From a virus, in UHGV virus genome UHGV-0245459: a stretch of 42,461 nt of DNA; one strand, written 5' to 3'. The first letter of the stretch is position 1, and each line of letters begins with the position of its first letter. The notes beneath the pieces are model-generated. The model was not told the origin of the DNA and ran no database searches. It was given only the letters and a program-made list of their open reading frames with translations. Shown here in pieces: positions 27,344-33,619 of this stretch. The translations under genes were made by a program, and so were the position numbers.

Positions 27344-27594
27344 TACATTAGATACTACATTAGAACATCTAGCTGTACACAAATAAATATGGACGAAGAC
27401 GGACTATTACGAACGACATTGAGAGCGGAAGGCCTGCCGTTATTGGGATTGCTTAGACAGACACAAACAAAAAAGGCCGTCTATAGACGACCTTTAGGGA
27501 ATTTCTGGTCGGGGCGGCGGGATTCGAACGACCCAAATAAATCAAAAGGTTATATCCTACTCAGATCAAATTGATACATTTGTTGGTACATTTG
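27344..27594. other. attP: tRNA-Pro 3' end core, arm-type repeats, IHF site, replacement terminator
   Basis: 27506-27529 minus = GTTCGAATCCCGCCGCCCCGACCA; TACATTAGA x2 (27344, 27356); TACATTTG x2 (27575, 27587); AATCAAAAGGTTA (27540-27552) fits WATCAANNNNTTR; minus-strand terminator about 27469-27495. Confidence 0.85.
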
Positions 27595-27632
27595 ACGTTT
27601 TCGATCTGGAAGACAGCCCACTAATTAATATA

Positions 27633-27896
27633 TTAGCGGAAAGATTCTGGATTGTCTTTTAAACCTCTGGGGTGTCCATTATCGGAGTTGGATGGCACAT
27701 CTTTCAATGATTCGTCTATCGCTGACTGCGCGCTCTGCACATTCTGCAAGAGTTTTTGAAGAGAGCTCAAGTGCGCGTCTAAATCGATCACACTCTCCAA
27801 GCTCCCTCTGTAGGCGTCGCTGAATCTGGGCGTCTCGCTCGCGCACCCGGAGAGCAGAATCGTTAAGGACACCAATAGACTTTTCCAACTGCGCAA
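27633..27896 (-). CDS. o-spanin lipoprotein (Rz1-like)
   Basis: Signal peptide plus lipobox LLSGC; overlaps the i-spanin in another frame. Confidence 0.75.
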   Translation of the reverse strand: MRSWKSLLVSLTILLSGCASETPRFSDAYRGSLESVIDLDAHLSSLQKLLQNVQSAQSAIDESLKDVPSNSDNGHPRGLKDNPESFR

Positions 27897-28050
27897 TTTC
27901 TTTATCCTTTCTATGTAACGTTTCTATCTGGTGAGTAAGTAGCTGCTCCCGCTCCTGCGTCCAACGTAACTCCGTTTCCTGTTGCCCGAAGTGATACCCC
28001 AGGACACTGGAGAACATGACGGCGGCGGTGACTAAAATTATTCGGATCAT
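27679..28050 (-). CDS. i-spanin (Rz-like)
   Basis: Likely start ATG 28050; N-terminal TM plus coiled coil; follows the endolysin. Confidence 0.75.
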   Translation of the reverse strand: MIRIILVTAAVMFSSVLGYHFGQQETELRWTQEREQLLTHQIETLHRKDKEIAQLEKSIGVLNDSALRVRERDAQIQRRLQRELGECDRFRRALELSSKTLAECAERAVSDRRIIERCAIQLR

Positions 28051-28094
28051 TTTCTGAAAAAGAGTTCTAGTTCTGCGTCCGGCGCAAACCACAT

Positions 28095-28559
28095 TCATTC
28101 TTTTAAAAATATTTTCTTTTCTTCCGCTCTTCGGTTTACCAGCCCTGGGAGAACCTGTCCAGCACTTTTCCTCCATTTTGGAAATTCTTCAGCAGCACCT
28201 TCATAATCTCCCGCGTTTAGTTTTCTTAGTAATGTTGATCTTCTGACGGCAGGCGTCAAACCAAGGTTAAACAACCAACTCATCAAGGCAATAAACTGAT
28301 TCTCCGTAACTGGAACTTTGACAATGGCTGCTAACTCCTCCTGTGTTTGAACCAGGTCTTTAGTTAGAAGGTCGTATGCTTCATTGCGCGTAATGTGCTC
28401 GCCTGCGTGCACGTCTTTCGTGTGGCCAAAACCGATTGTCCACACTCCAGCGGGACATTTGTAAGATTCAAGAGCGGGGCCGCCTTTAGGACCCTGTTCA
28501 AACTCAGATATGAACTGAGTTGCCAGTTCAGGTGGGTAAAGCAGGATATCTTGTGTCAT
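28095..28559 (-). CDS. Endolysin, GH24 lysozyme
   Basis: FE...YKCPAGVWTIGFGHT...STLLRKLNAGDY...GLVNRRAEE. Confidence 0.95.
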   Translation of the reverse strand: MTQDILLYPPELATQFISEFEQGPKGGPALESYKCPAGVWTIGFGHTKDVHAGEHITRNEAYDLLTKDLVQTQEELAAIVKVPVTENQFIALMSWLFNLGLTPAVRRSTLLRKLNAGDYEGAAEEFPKWRKSAGQVLPGLVNRRAEEKKIFLKE

Positions 28560-28620
28560 TGAATTGCACCAAAATTTGAGTTACTCTGAATGGGTTACTT
28601 TTATTGTTAAAGGAACGACT

Positions 28621-28767
28621 ATGGCAAAAAACGAAAAATCCTCTAAGGAACTTGCGTCTCTCGCTGGCAAAGTGCTCCAGCAGAAGACCTCTACTAAAAC
28701 TGCTAAGAGCTTGGCGGGTTCTGTTTTAACGCAGGCTCCGGATCGCAAGTCTCAGAAGAAAAAATAG
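28621..28767 (+). CDS. Small basic protein (48 aa), antisense within the lysis module
   Basis: MAKNEKSSKELASLAGKVLQQKTSTKTAKSLAGSVLTQAPDRKSQKKK; RBS AAGGA. Confidence 0.6.
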   Translation: MAKNEKSSKELASLAGKVLQQKTSTKTAKSLAGSVLTQAPDRKSQKKK

Positions 28768-28990
28768 TTTGTCTACTTAGTATCTGTTTGCGGGGTATAC
28801 ATATGTGCCCCGCAACTTGTTTACGATCCGCACCGCTTATGTGAGGAACAAGGACTACAACAGTATCTGTTTCTTTTCTAATAAAGCCCACAGAGGTAAC
28901 CTCGGTAACTTTATATTCAAGTTCGTCCTCAAATTCCCATCCTGGAGGACATCCAAAGGTATCAACCCACTTAATTATCTCGATTCTCAT
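28703..28990 (-). CDS. Hypothetical phage protein
   Basis: 95 aa; IIKWVD...GW...SVGF...IP; ATGA overlap with the upstream gene. Confidence 0.6.
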   Translation of the reverse strand: MRIEIIKWVDTFGCPPGWEFEDELEYKVTEVTSVGFIRKETDTVVVLVPHISGADRKQVAGHICIPRKQILSRQTIFSSETCDPEPALKQNPPSS

Positions 28991-29307
28991 TTAGGCTCCT
29001 TCGTATTGTGTAAGCCGTGCAGTTGCTGAACTTCTTTTTTGAGAGATTCAATATCTGAACTAATGCGTTCAAGCTGCTTCAGATTCTCAGTGTTTGAAGT
29101 TGCTCGTCTGTTTAGCTCGTTGATCTGGAGGCGCTGGAGCGCGGTTTCGTTCTCCAGGCTGTTGATCCGGTCTTGTTGTGACACGATCGTGTACTGATTC
29201 AACTGAGAGTTTGTAAGCCACCCTGCCATATAAAAAGCAAAGAAAAGAATGAGCTTAATCAGCCCTGCGATAACTGAGCGCATACTAATTGCCATGGTTC
29301 GCTCCAT
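28987..29307 (-). CDS. TM plus coiled-coil protein (lysis accessory)
   Basis: N-terminal TM then heptad pattern; start could be ATG 29298. Confidence 0.6.
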   Translation of the reverse strand: MERTMAISMRSVIAGLIKLILFFAFYMAGWLTNSQLNQYTIVSQQDRINSLENETALQRLQINELNRRATSNTENLKQLERISSDIESLKKEVQQLHGLHNTKEPK

Positions 29308-29623
29308 TGCGTACGGTAAGTTTTAATTTGCCTGTGACGACACCGTAAAGAGTGTTCATGATCTTCAGGCCGAAGTAAGAAGACACTCCGCTGCAAGCCC
29401 CGATCCACTCCCAACTGAGTTTCGAGGTGCGGAGGATCAGATAGACAATGAATCCGGCTGCGCATGACGTAACAAACTCAATGAACCAGCGCGGAAAATT
29501 CCAGTCCCGTTCCGCTCGCACGTACGGCATAGCAGAACCCGATGCCGCACATATAAGAATGAGCGTGAACACTATTAGGTTTACCGTGCTGGCAAACTCG
29601 CTGAGGCTGAAATCTGTTTCCAT
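29285..29623 (-). CDS. Holin (putative)
   Basis: Likely start ATG 29623; about three TM segments, basic C-terminus; first gene of the lysis operon. Confidence 0.65.
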   Translation of the reverse strand: METDFSLSEFASTVNLIVFTLILICAASGSAMPYVRAERDWNFPRWFIEFVTSCAAGFIVYLILRTSKLSWEWIGACSGVSSYFGLKIMNTLYGVVTGKLKLTVRNGANHGN

Positions 29624-29643
29624 GTTTATCTCTCTTTTTGGAC

Positions 29644-29675
29644 ATGTTATGAGCGCTTTTTCTTTCAATGCGCAC
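29644..29675 (-). promoter_or_regulatory. Putative late promoter, copy 5 (lysis operon)
   Basis: GTGCGCAT (29675-29668), 18 nt, TAACAT (29649-29644). Confidence 0.65.
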
Positions 29676-29683
29676 ACCTAACG

Positions 29684-29706
29684 AAAAGCCCCTCGAAGTG
29701 AGGGGC
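29684..29706 (-). terminator. Intrinsic terminator ending the tail/cassette operon
   Basis: GCCCCTC-acttc-GAGGGGC-TTTT. Confidence 0.75.
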
Positions 29707-29713
29707 GGAGCGG

Positions 29714-30073
29714 TTAGATGGAAGCACTTAGCGGATAAAGCCGTAGTTCGACATCCTTAACATGGTTTCCGCCAAGGCTGACATAACTACCCTTTGTAAC
29801 GGGCATACTAAACTTGCCGCCGCCATTAGCCCACGGAACTAGCGACTGAGCCCCGGGACCAGCCGCATAGCTGGATTCATTCGTTCCGGTAAATGAGACA
29901 ACAAGAACGCCGTCGTTAGGCATTACGCCCTGATAGATAGAGCCCCAATCGTCATTAACGTCGGTTCCTGTCATCACTATTGGAGAAGCTCCCCAGGCAG
30001 GTTGGGCAAAATGCGCGGCTTCGGTTTTTGTTGTTCGGGTATTCAGTAATAACTGGAGGAGCGCTTTTAACAT
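29714..30073 (-). CDS. Cassette gene 6: putative receptor-binding module
   Basis: 119 aa; MLKALLQLLL amphipathic leader, MPNDG, PVTKG; RBS GGAGG. Confidence 0.65.
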   Translation of the reverse strand: MLKALLQLLLNTRTTKTEAAHFAQPAWGASPIVMTGTDVNDDWGSIYQGVMPNDGVLVVSFTGTNESSYAAGPGAQSLVPWANGGGKFSMPVTKGSYVSLGGNHVKDVELRLYPLSASI

Positions 30074-30870
30074 GACACACCTCCAATACTCAGGTTATTG
30101 GCTACCGTAAGTCTTATAGACGTACAAGTTTGCGGCTCCGAAGTTGTTGGATTTGCCAATCTCGTAAGAAACAATGTTGCCTTTCTTGGAATAAAGAGAA
30201 ACGCAGATGTTGCCGTTTGCTCCCGCTCCGAGATTGACCATGTTAAATCCGTTAAGTCCTGCAAACATGACGCCGTAACATTGCAGAACCACGAGGCCCG
30301 TGTAAGGCATTGTGAAGGTGTGGCGTTCTCCGTCAGGAGTGACGGTAATTTCTGTAGAGGCCGAAGGAATATGAGCCGACTGATCAGCCACCCACTCCTT
30401 CTTGCTAACCAAGAACTTCTCCGCAAAGAGCTGTACGAGTGCTTTAAGCAACATAAGCCACCTCCTTGCAGAATAAGTTTCTTAAGAGTTTGATACCCCC
30501 CCCCGATGGTTTTTGTAAACCAGCATTCGATGTTTTTAGCCTGTCTAGCACATAACGTAAAGACTTGGCCCTTGGCTACTGGACAGGCACACAAGAGAAT
30601 GTCCCCTGCAACCTGCGGAGTTGTAAAGACATTTATATTCTCAGTCTGGGCTGAAGCAATGCAATAGACTGAATCTGCCGTGAACCTCAGGCATGCAAAG
30701 CCGTCCGTTGAAGCAACTCCATCGAAAACAGAATCCCATCCATCAATAGTCGTAGTTTTTGGAGTTAGTCTTACGACCGAACTGGACGGCATAGCTTGAT
30801 GTCCTACAAGCTCGGATTCCTGTTTGCTGTAGAACTTGCTCAGCAGGAGGCTCAATACGTTTTTCAGCAT
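30067..30870 (-). CDS. Cassette gene 4: 125-aa module plus G9-dependent read-through tail overprinting gene 5
   Basis: MLKNVLSLLL leader, ASTDG, PVAKG up to IGGG at the G9 tract (30504-30496); the frame stays open to 30067. Confidence 0.65.
   Translation of the reverse strand: MLKNVLSLLLSKFYSKQESELVGHQAMPSSSVVRLTPKTTTIDGWDSVFDGVASTDGFACLRFTADSVYCIASAQTENINVFTTPQVAGDILLCACPVAKGQVFTLCARQAKNIECWFTKTIGGGYQTLKKLILQGGGLCCLKHSYSSLRRSSWLARRSGWLISRLIFLRPLQKLPSLLTENATPSQCLTRASWFCNVTASCLQDLTDLTWSISEREQTATSAFLFIPRKATLFLTRLANPTTSEPQTCTSIRLTVANNLSIGGVSC
30095..30454 (-). CDS. Cassette gene 5: putative receptor-binding module
   Basis: 119 aa; MLLKALVQLFAEKFL leader, FTMPYTG, SKKG; RBS AAGGAGG. Confidence 0.65.
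   Translation of the reverse strand: MLLKALVQLFAEKFLVSKKEWVADQSAHIPSASTEITVTPDGERHTFTMPYTGLVVLQCYGVMFAGLNGFNMVNLGAGANGNICVSLYSKKGNIVSYEIGKSNNFGAANLYVYKTYGSQ
30496..30504 (-). repeat. Poly-G tract (G9)
   Basis: C9 on the plus strand. Confidence 0.9.
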
Positions 30871-31685
30871 AATGCGCCTCCTGTCAAAGGATTAAAAGTC
30901 TGAACTTGCTTTGTAGAACCAAAGAGAATAATCGGTTGTACTTCCGCCACGGCACAAGAACTTAATCTGTGTCCCTTTTTTAACGTAACAACAGATTCCA
31001 GCTCCCGCAGCGTTTCCGTTAAGTACGGAAGCAAGTGCCATCTGCCCGTTCTCGACTTGGATTTCAAGAGCTGAGACTGTAGTTGAATTGCACCGAGAAG
31101 TCGCCCAGCCGTTGCACGGTGCGGTGTAGGTAAAGAAATCCGTGGTGCTTGTGCAAGGAATATTAATGCCCTGATGGATAATAGGAGCTGATTGTTCTGA
31201 AACCCAAGATTTTTTGCTTTGCAAAAACTTCTCGGCAAATAATTGAACGAGGGCCTTAAGCATGACAGAGCCCTCCAAATAAAGTGATTATGCCCCCCCA
31301 CGATTTTACTGTAGAAGGTTACAACTATGTCTCTAGCATTAACCGCCATAATGGTCACCGATTCTCCTTTTCTCAATGGTAGAAAACCTCGTAGAGAAGA
31401 ACCTATGGCTGGGCCTGAAAAAGACCCGTGAAGAGCTGTACCAATTATTGCAAATGACCCTCCTGTTACAGAGGCGTCTAGTTTGACTATGTTGCCAAAA
31501 ATCTTTATGTAACCGTCATTAGGCGCGGCCCATGCGGATAGGATCGTCGTCCATCCGCCACTTGATGTGACAGTGTTTAACGGGGCTATGTTTGTGCCGG
31601 TATTATTCGCTCTGTTGGCAACAACAGCCTCACTCGGTGTCGTTCGGCTATCGAGTAGCCGCTGAATAAGCTTTTTGATTAGCAT
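30864..31685 (-). CDS. Cassette gene 2: 131-aa module plus G7-dependent read-through tail overprinting gene 3
   Basis: MLIKKLIQRLL leader, AAPNDG, PLRKG up to VGG at the G7 tract (31299-31293); the frame stays open to 30864. Confidence 0.65.
   Translation of the reverse strand: MLIKKLIQRLLDSRTTPSEAVVANRANNTGTNIAPLNTVTSSGGWTTILSAWAAPNDGYIKIFGNIVKLDASVTGGSFAIIGTALHGSFSGPAIGSSLRGFLPLRKGESVTIMAVNARDIVVTFYSKIVGGHNHFIWRALSCLRPSFNYLPRSFCKAKNLGFQNNQLLLSIRALIFLAQAPRISLPTPHRATAGRLLGAIQLQSQLLKSKSRTGRWHLLPYLTETLRELESVVTLKKGHRLSSCAVAEVQPIILFGSTKQVQTFNPLTGGALC
30892..31263 (-). CDS. Cassette gene 3: putative receptor-binding module
   Basis: 123 aa from ATG 31263; MLKALVQLFAEKFL leader, YTAPCNG, YVKKG; RBS GGAGG. 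Confidence 0.65.
   Translation of the reverse strand: MLKALVQLFAEKFLQSKKSWVSEQSAPIIHQGINIPCTSTTDFFTYTAPCNGWATSRCNSTTVSALEIQVENGQMALASVLNGNAAGAGICCYVKKGTQIKFLCRGGSTTDYSLWFYKASSDF
31293..31299 (-). repeat. Poly-G tract (G7)
   Basis: C7 on the plus strand. Confidence 0.9.
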
Positions 31686-31719
31686 TTTGACTCCTCGCCC
31701 GAGCCAAAATGCTCAGGCT

Positions 31720-32116
31720 TTAGGTTGGTAAAACTAATGGGTAGATTCTTAGCTGTGCAGTTGTACCTTTATAAGAGGCGATGACCGTATCTCCCTTTTT
31801 TGCATAGATATAAACCGCACCATTAAAAGCCGATCTCCTAATCAGCGTAATAAAATTACCACCTGCGCTTAAACCGATATGATCTACAGAACCAACCGTA
31901 TTTTCCACATATAGGCAAACCAAACATGGTGTTGTCGCAACGTAAGTAGGAGATTTTTCAGGCTCGTCCGGAAGGTTTATTACAGTCGGAGAAGGCCACA
32001 CGGGTAACCCAAACTGCTCGGCCTCCTTGCCATAGATTAGCTTACTACCCCCCCCCACTTACAGCACGTTTAGGCACGAGCTGATTTACAAGCAACTGAA
32101 TCAACTGTTTAAGCAT
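31720..32116 (-). CDS. Cassette gene 1: frameshifted (phase-OFF) at G9; 131 aa if G8
   Basis: ATG 32116 (RBS AAGGAGG, ATGCTTAA overlap) gives MLKQLIQLLVNQLVPKRAVSGGG*; removing one G joins it to the 31720..32058 frame (GGGSKLIYGK...YAKKG). Confidence 0.75.
32048..32056 (-). repeat. Poly-G tract (G9)
   Basis: C9 on the plus strand. Confidence 0.9.
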
Positions 32117-32867
32117 TGAAACCTCCTTGTCTCATGTTTTGTCTTGCATCGACTTTCTGCTGTAGCTCGTAAGCGAGAGCGGCAGGAAACTCAGGCCACG
32201 GCACGAACGGGAAACCCTGCGCCTCGGGCAAGTTTCTCAAGGCTTGGCGATAGGTCTCAAGGGCCGTTCTGTCGGCGTCCTCAAGGGCAGAACGTTTGGC
32301 TCCTGCTGACCGTGCCACGGTGATGTCAGGCAACTTCACATAGTCGTCCGTGTCGCTGATACGGGCGTTACGCTCGGCCTTGATCTCGTTGCTGTAGCGC
32401 TGTGTGCAGAAGTCATCGGAGTTCTCAGGAAGATCGGCCTGTGCGTAATATTTGCCATCGGCAGACTGATACAGCTCGTCAGTAATTAACTGACTTTTGA
32501 CTGCGAACTGCTGACCCGCCTTGAACTTGACCTTAGCCTTACCGATAAGCGGACGTTCTAAAACTTCGACCTTGAGGTTGTCGGCTTTCAGGCCAGGCGT
32601 TGTGAAGGTGTAGAGGTCATAGCCATATTGGAAACCTTCGGGCCTGTTTAACGGCTCTATTGGAATTTCCTCTTGAACCTTGTCACCTTTCAAATACTTC
32701 TTGTCAACCAATGCGATAAGCTCGATTGAGCAAGGCTCAACCCAGAACCCCTGCGTATCCGACAAGGACGTGATTCTGCCGTTGCCCATCTTCACGCCGT
32801 ACTTCGCCACGGATTTGGATAACGCCTTAGTTAGGTAATCGGCCTTGATTTCAGATAATGTAGTCAT
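32109..32867 (-). CDS. Tail fibre assembly chaperone domain protein
   Basis: C-terminal ERNARISDTD...PD...YRQALRNLPEAQGFPFVPWPEFP motif. Confidence 0.75.
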   Translation of the reverse strand: MTTLSEIKADYLTKALSKSVAKYGVKMGNGRITSLSDTQGFWVEPCSIELIALVDKKYLKGDKVQEEIPIEPLNRPEGFQYGYDLYTFTTPGLKADNLKVEVLERPLIGKAKVKFKAGQQFAVKSQLITDELYQSADGKYYAQADLPENSDDFCTQRYSNEIKAERNARISDTDDYVKLPDITVARSAGAKRSALEDADRTALETYRQALRNLPEAQGFPFVPWPEFPAALAYELQQKVDARQNMRQGGFNA

Positions 32868-32875
32868 ACTGCTCC

Positions 32876-33619
32876 TTATGAATCAGATGTTTCTTCAGCT
32901 TCGAGGGCGTCGATCTCTGCCTGAGTGGCGCCGTTATCTAAACAGAGTTGTTTAAGAATAGGGATGAGATAGGCGTCCACTGCTGCGGCAAATGAGGCTG
33001 TGACCCATGCAGAAATCGAAGCGGCAAAGCCCGAGGCCCATCCGATATTTGCACGTGCGATTTCTTTCTCATTGTCAGAGAAGGATTGACTGACTACTCC
33101 AACACGTTTATCTAAAGCCTCACCAGTCGCCTTAGCATCAGCAAACCCGCCAGCAAGTTTTAACGACGTGTCCGAAACAGGTTTATTAGTCAGGTTGTTG
33201 TAGTTCGTTGTTCCCGCTGGCCCCGTGGGCCCCGCTGGCCCTTGACTGCCCGCTACACCTTGCAAACCGCGGGGGCCGCGGATATTAACTGTGCCTGGGT
33301 TGCTAAGGCTTCCGTCATTAGTCCAAGACAAGTCACCATCTGCGCTAACGGCGGGTGTAAACGTCACACCTCGGGGCCCTTGACTACCTGTTCCACCTGG
33401 ACTGCCCGACGGGCCTTGGCTCCCGATATCACCCTTCGCGCCAAACAAAACCCAGTAATCAGACTGGGAGCTCGGGATGTAATTTGCTGGCACATCCTGG
33501 ACAGCTAAGTAAACATTCCCGTCCGTGTAGCGGACAAAATCAAAGGCAAGATAGGTGGCCGTGGAAACCCAGTCACCTTTCCAGACTGGCCGAACTCGGC
33601 CTAAATTTAAAGTAGTCAT
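32876..33619 (-). CDS. Tail fibre protein 2 (collagen-like)
   Basis: LNLGRVRPVWKGDW N-domain, Gly-X-Y runs, YNNLTNKP, ADAKATGEAL. Confidence 0.75.
   Translation of the reverse strand: MTTLNLGRVRPVWKGDWVSTATYLAFDFVRYTDGNVYLAVQDVPANYIPSSQSDYWVLFGAKGDIGSQGPSGSPGGTGSQGPRGVTFTPAVSADGDLSWTNDGSLSNPGTVNIRGPRGLQGVAGSQGPAGPTGPAGTTNYNNLTNKPVSDTSLKLAGGFADAKATGEALDKRVGVVSQSFSDNEKEIARANIGWASGFAASISAWVTASFAAAVDAYLIPILKQLCLDNGATQAEIDALEAEETSDS

Noticed and set aside
27506..27529. tRNA gene
   Set aside because: Only the T-loop to CCA portion is present; it is the attP core.
30098..30493. Plus-strand 131-aa ORF antisense to cassette gene 5
   Set aside because: No clear RBS or protein-like features; probably a shadow of a region already constrained in two frames.
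29714..32116. Invertible shufflon
   Set aside because: All modules are on one strand, with no flanking inverted recombination sites and no invertase nearby.
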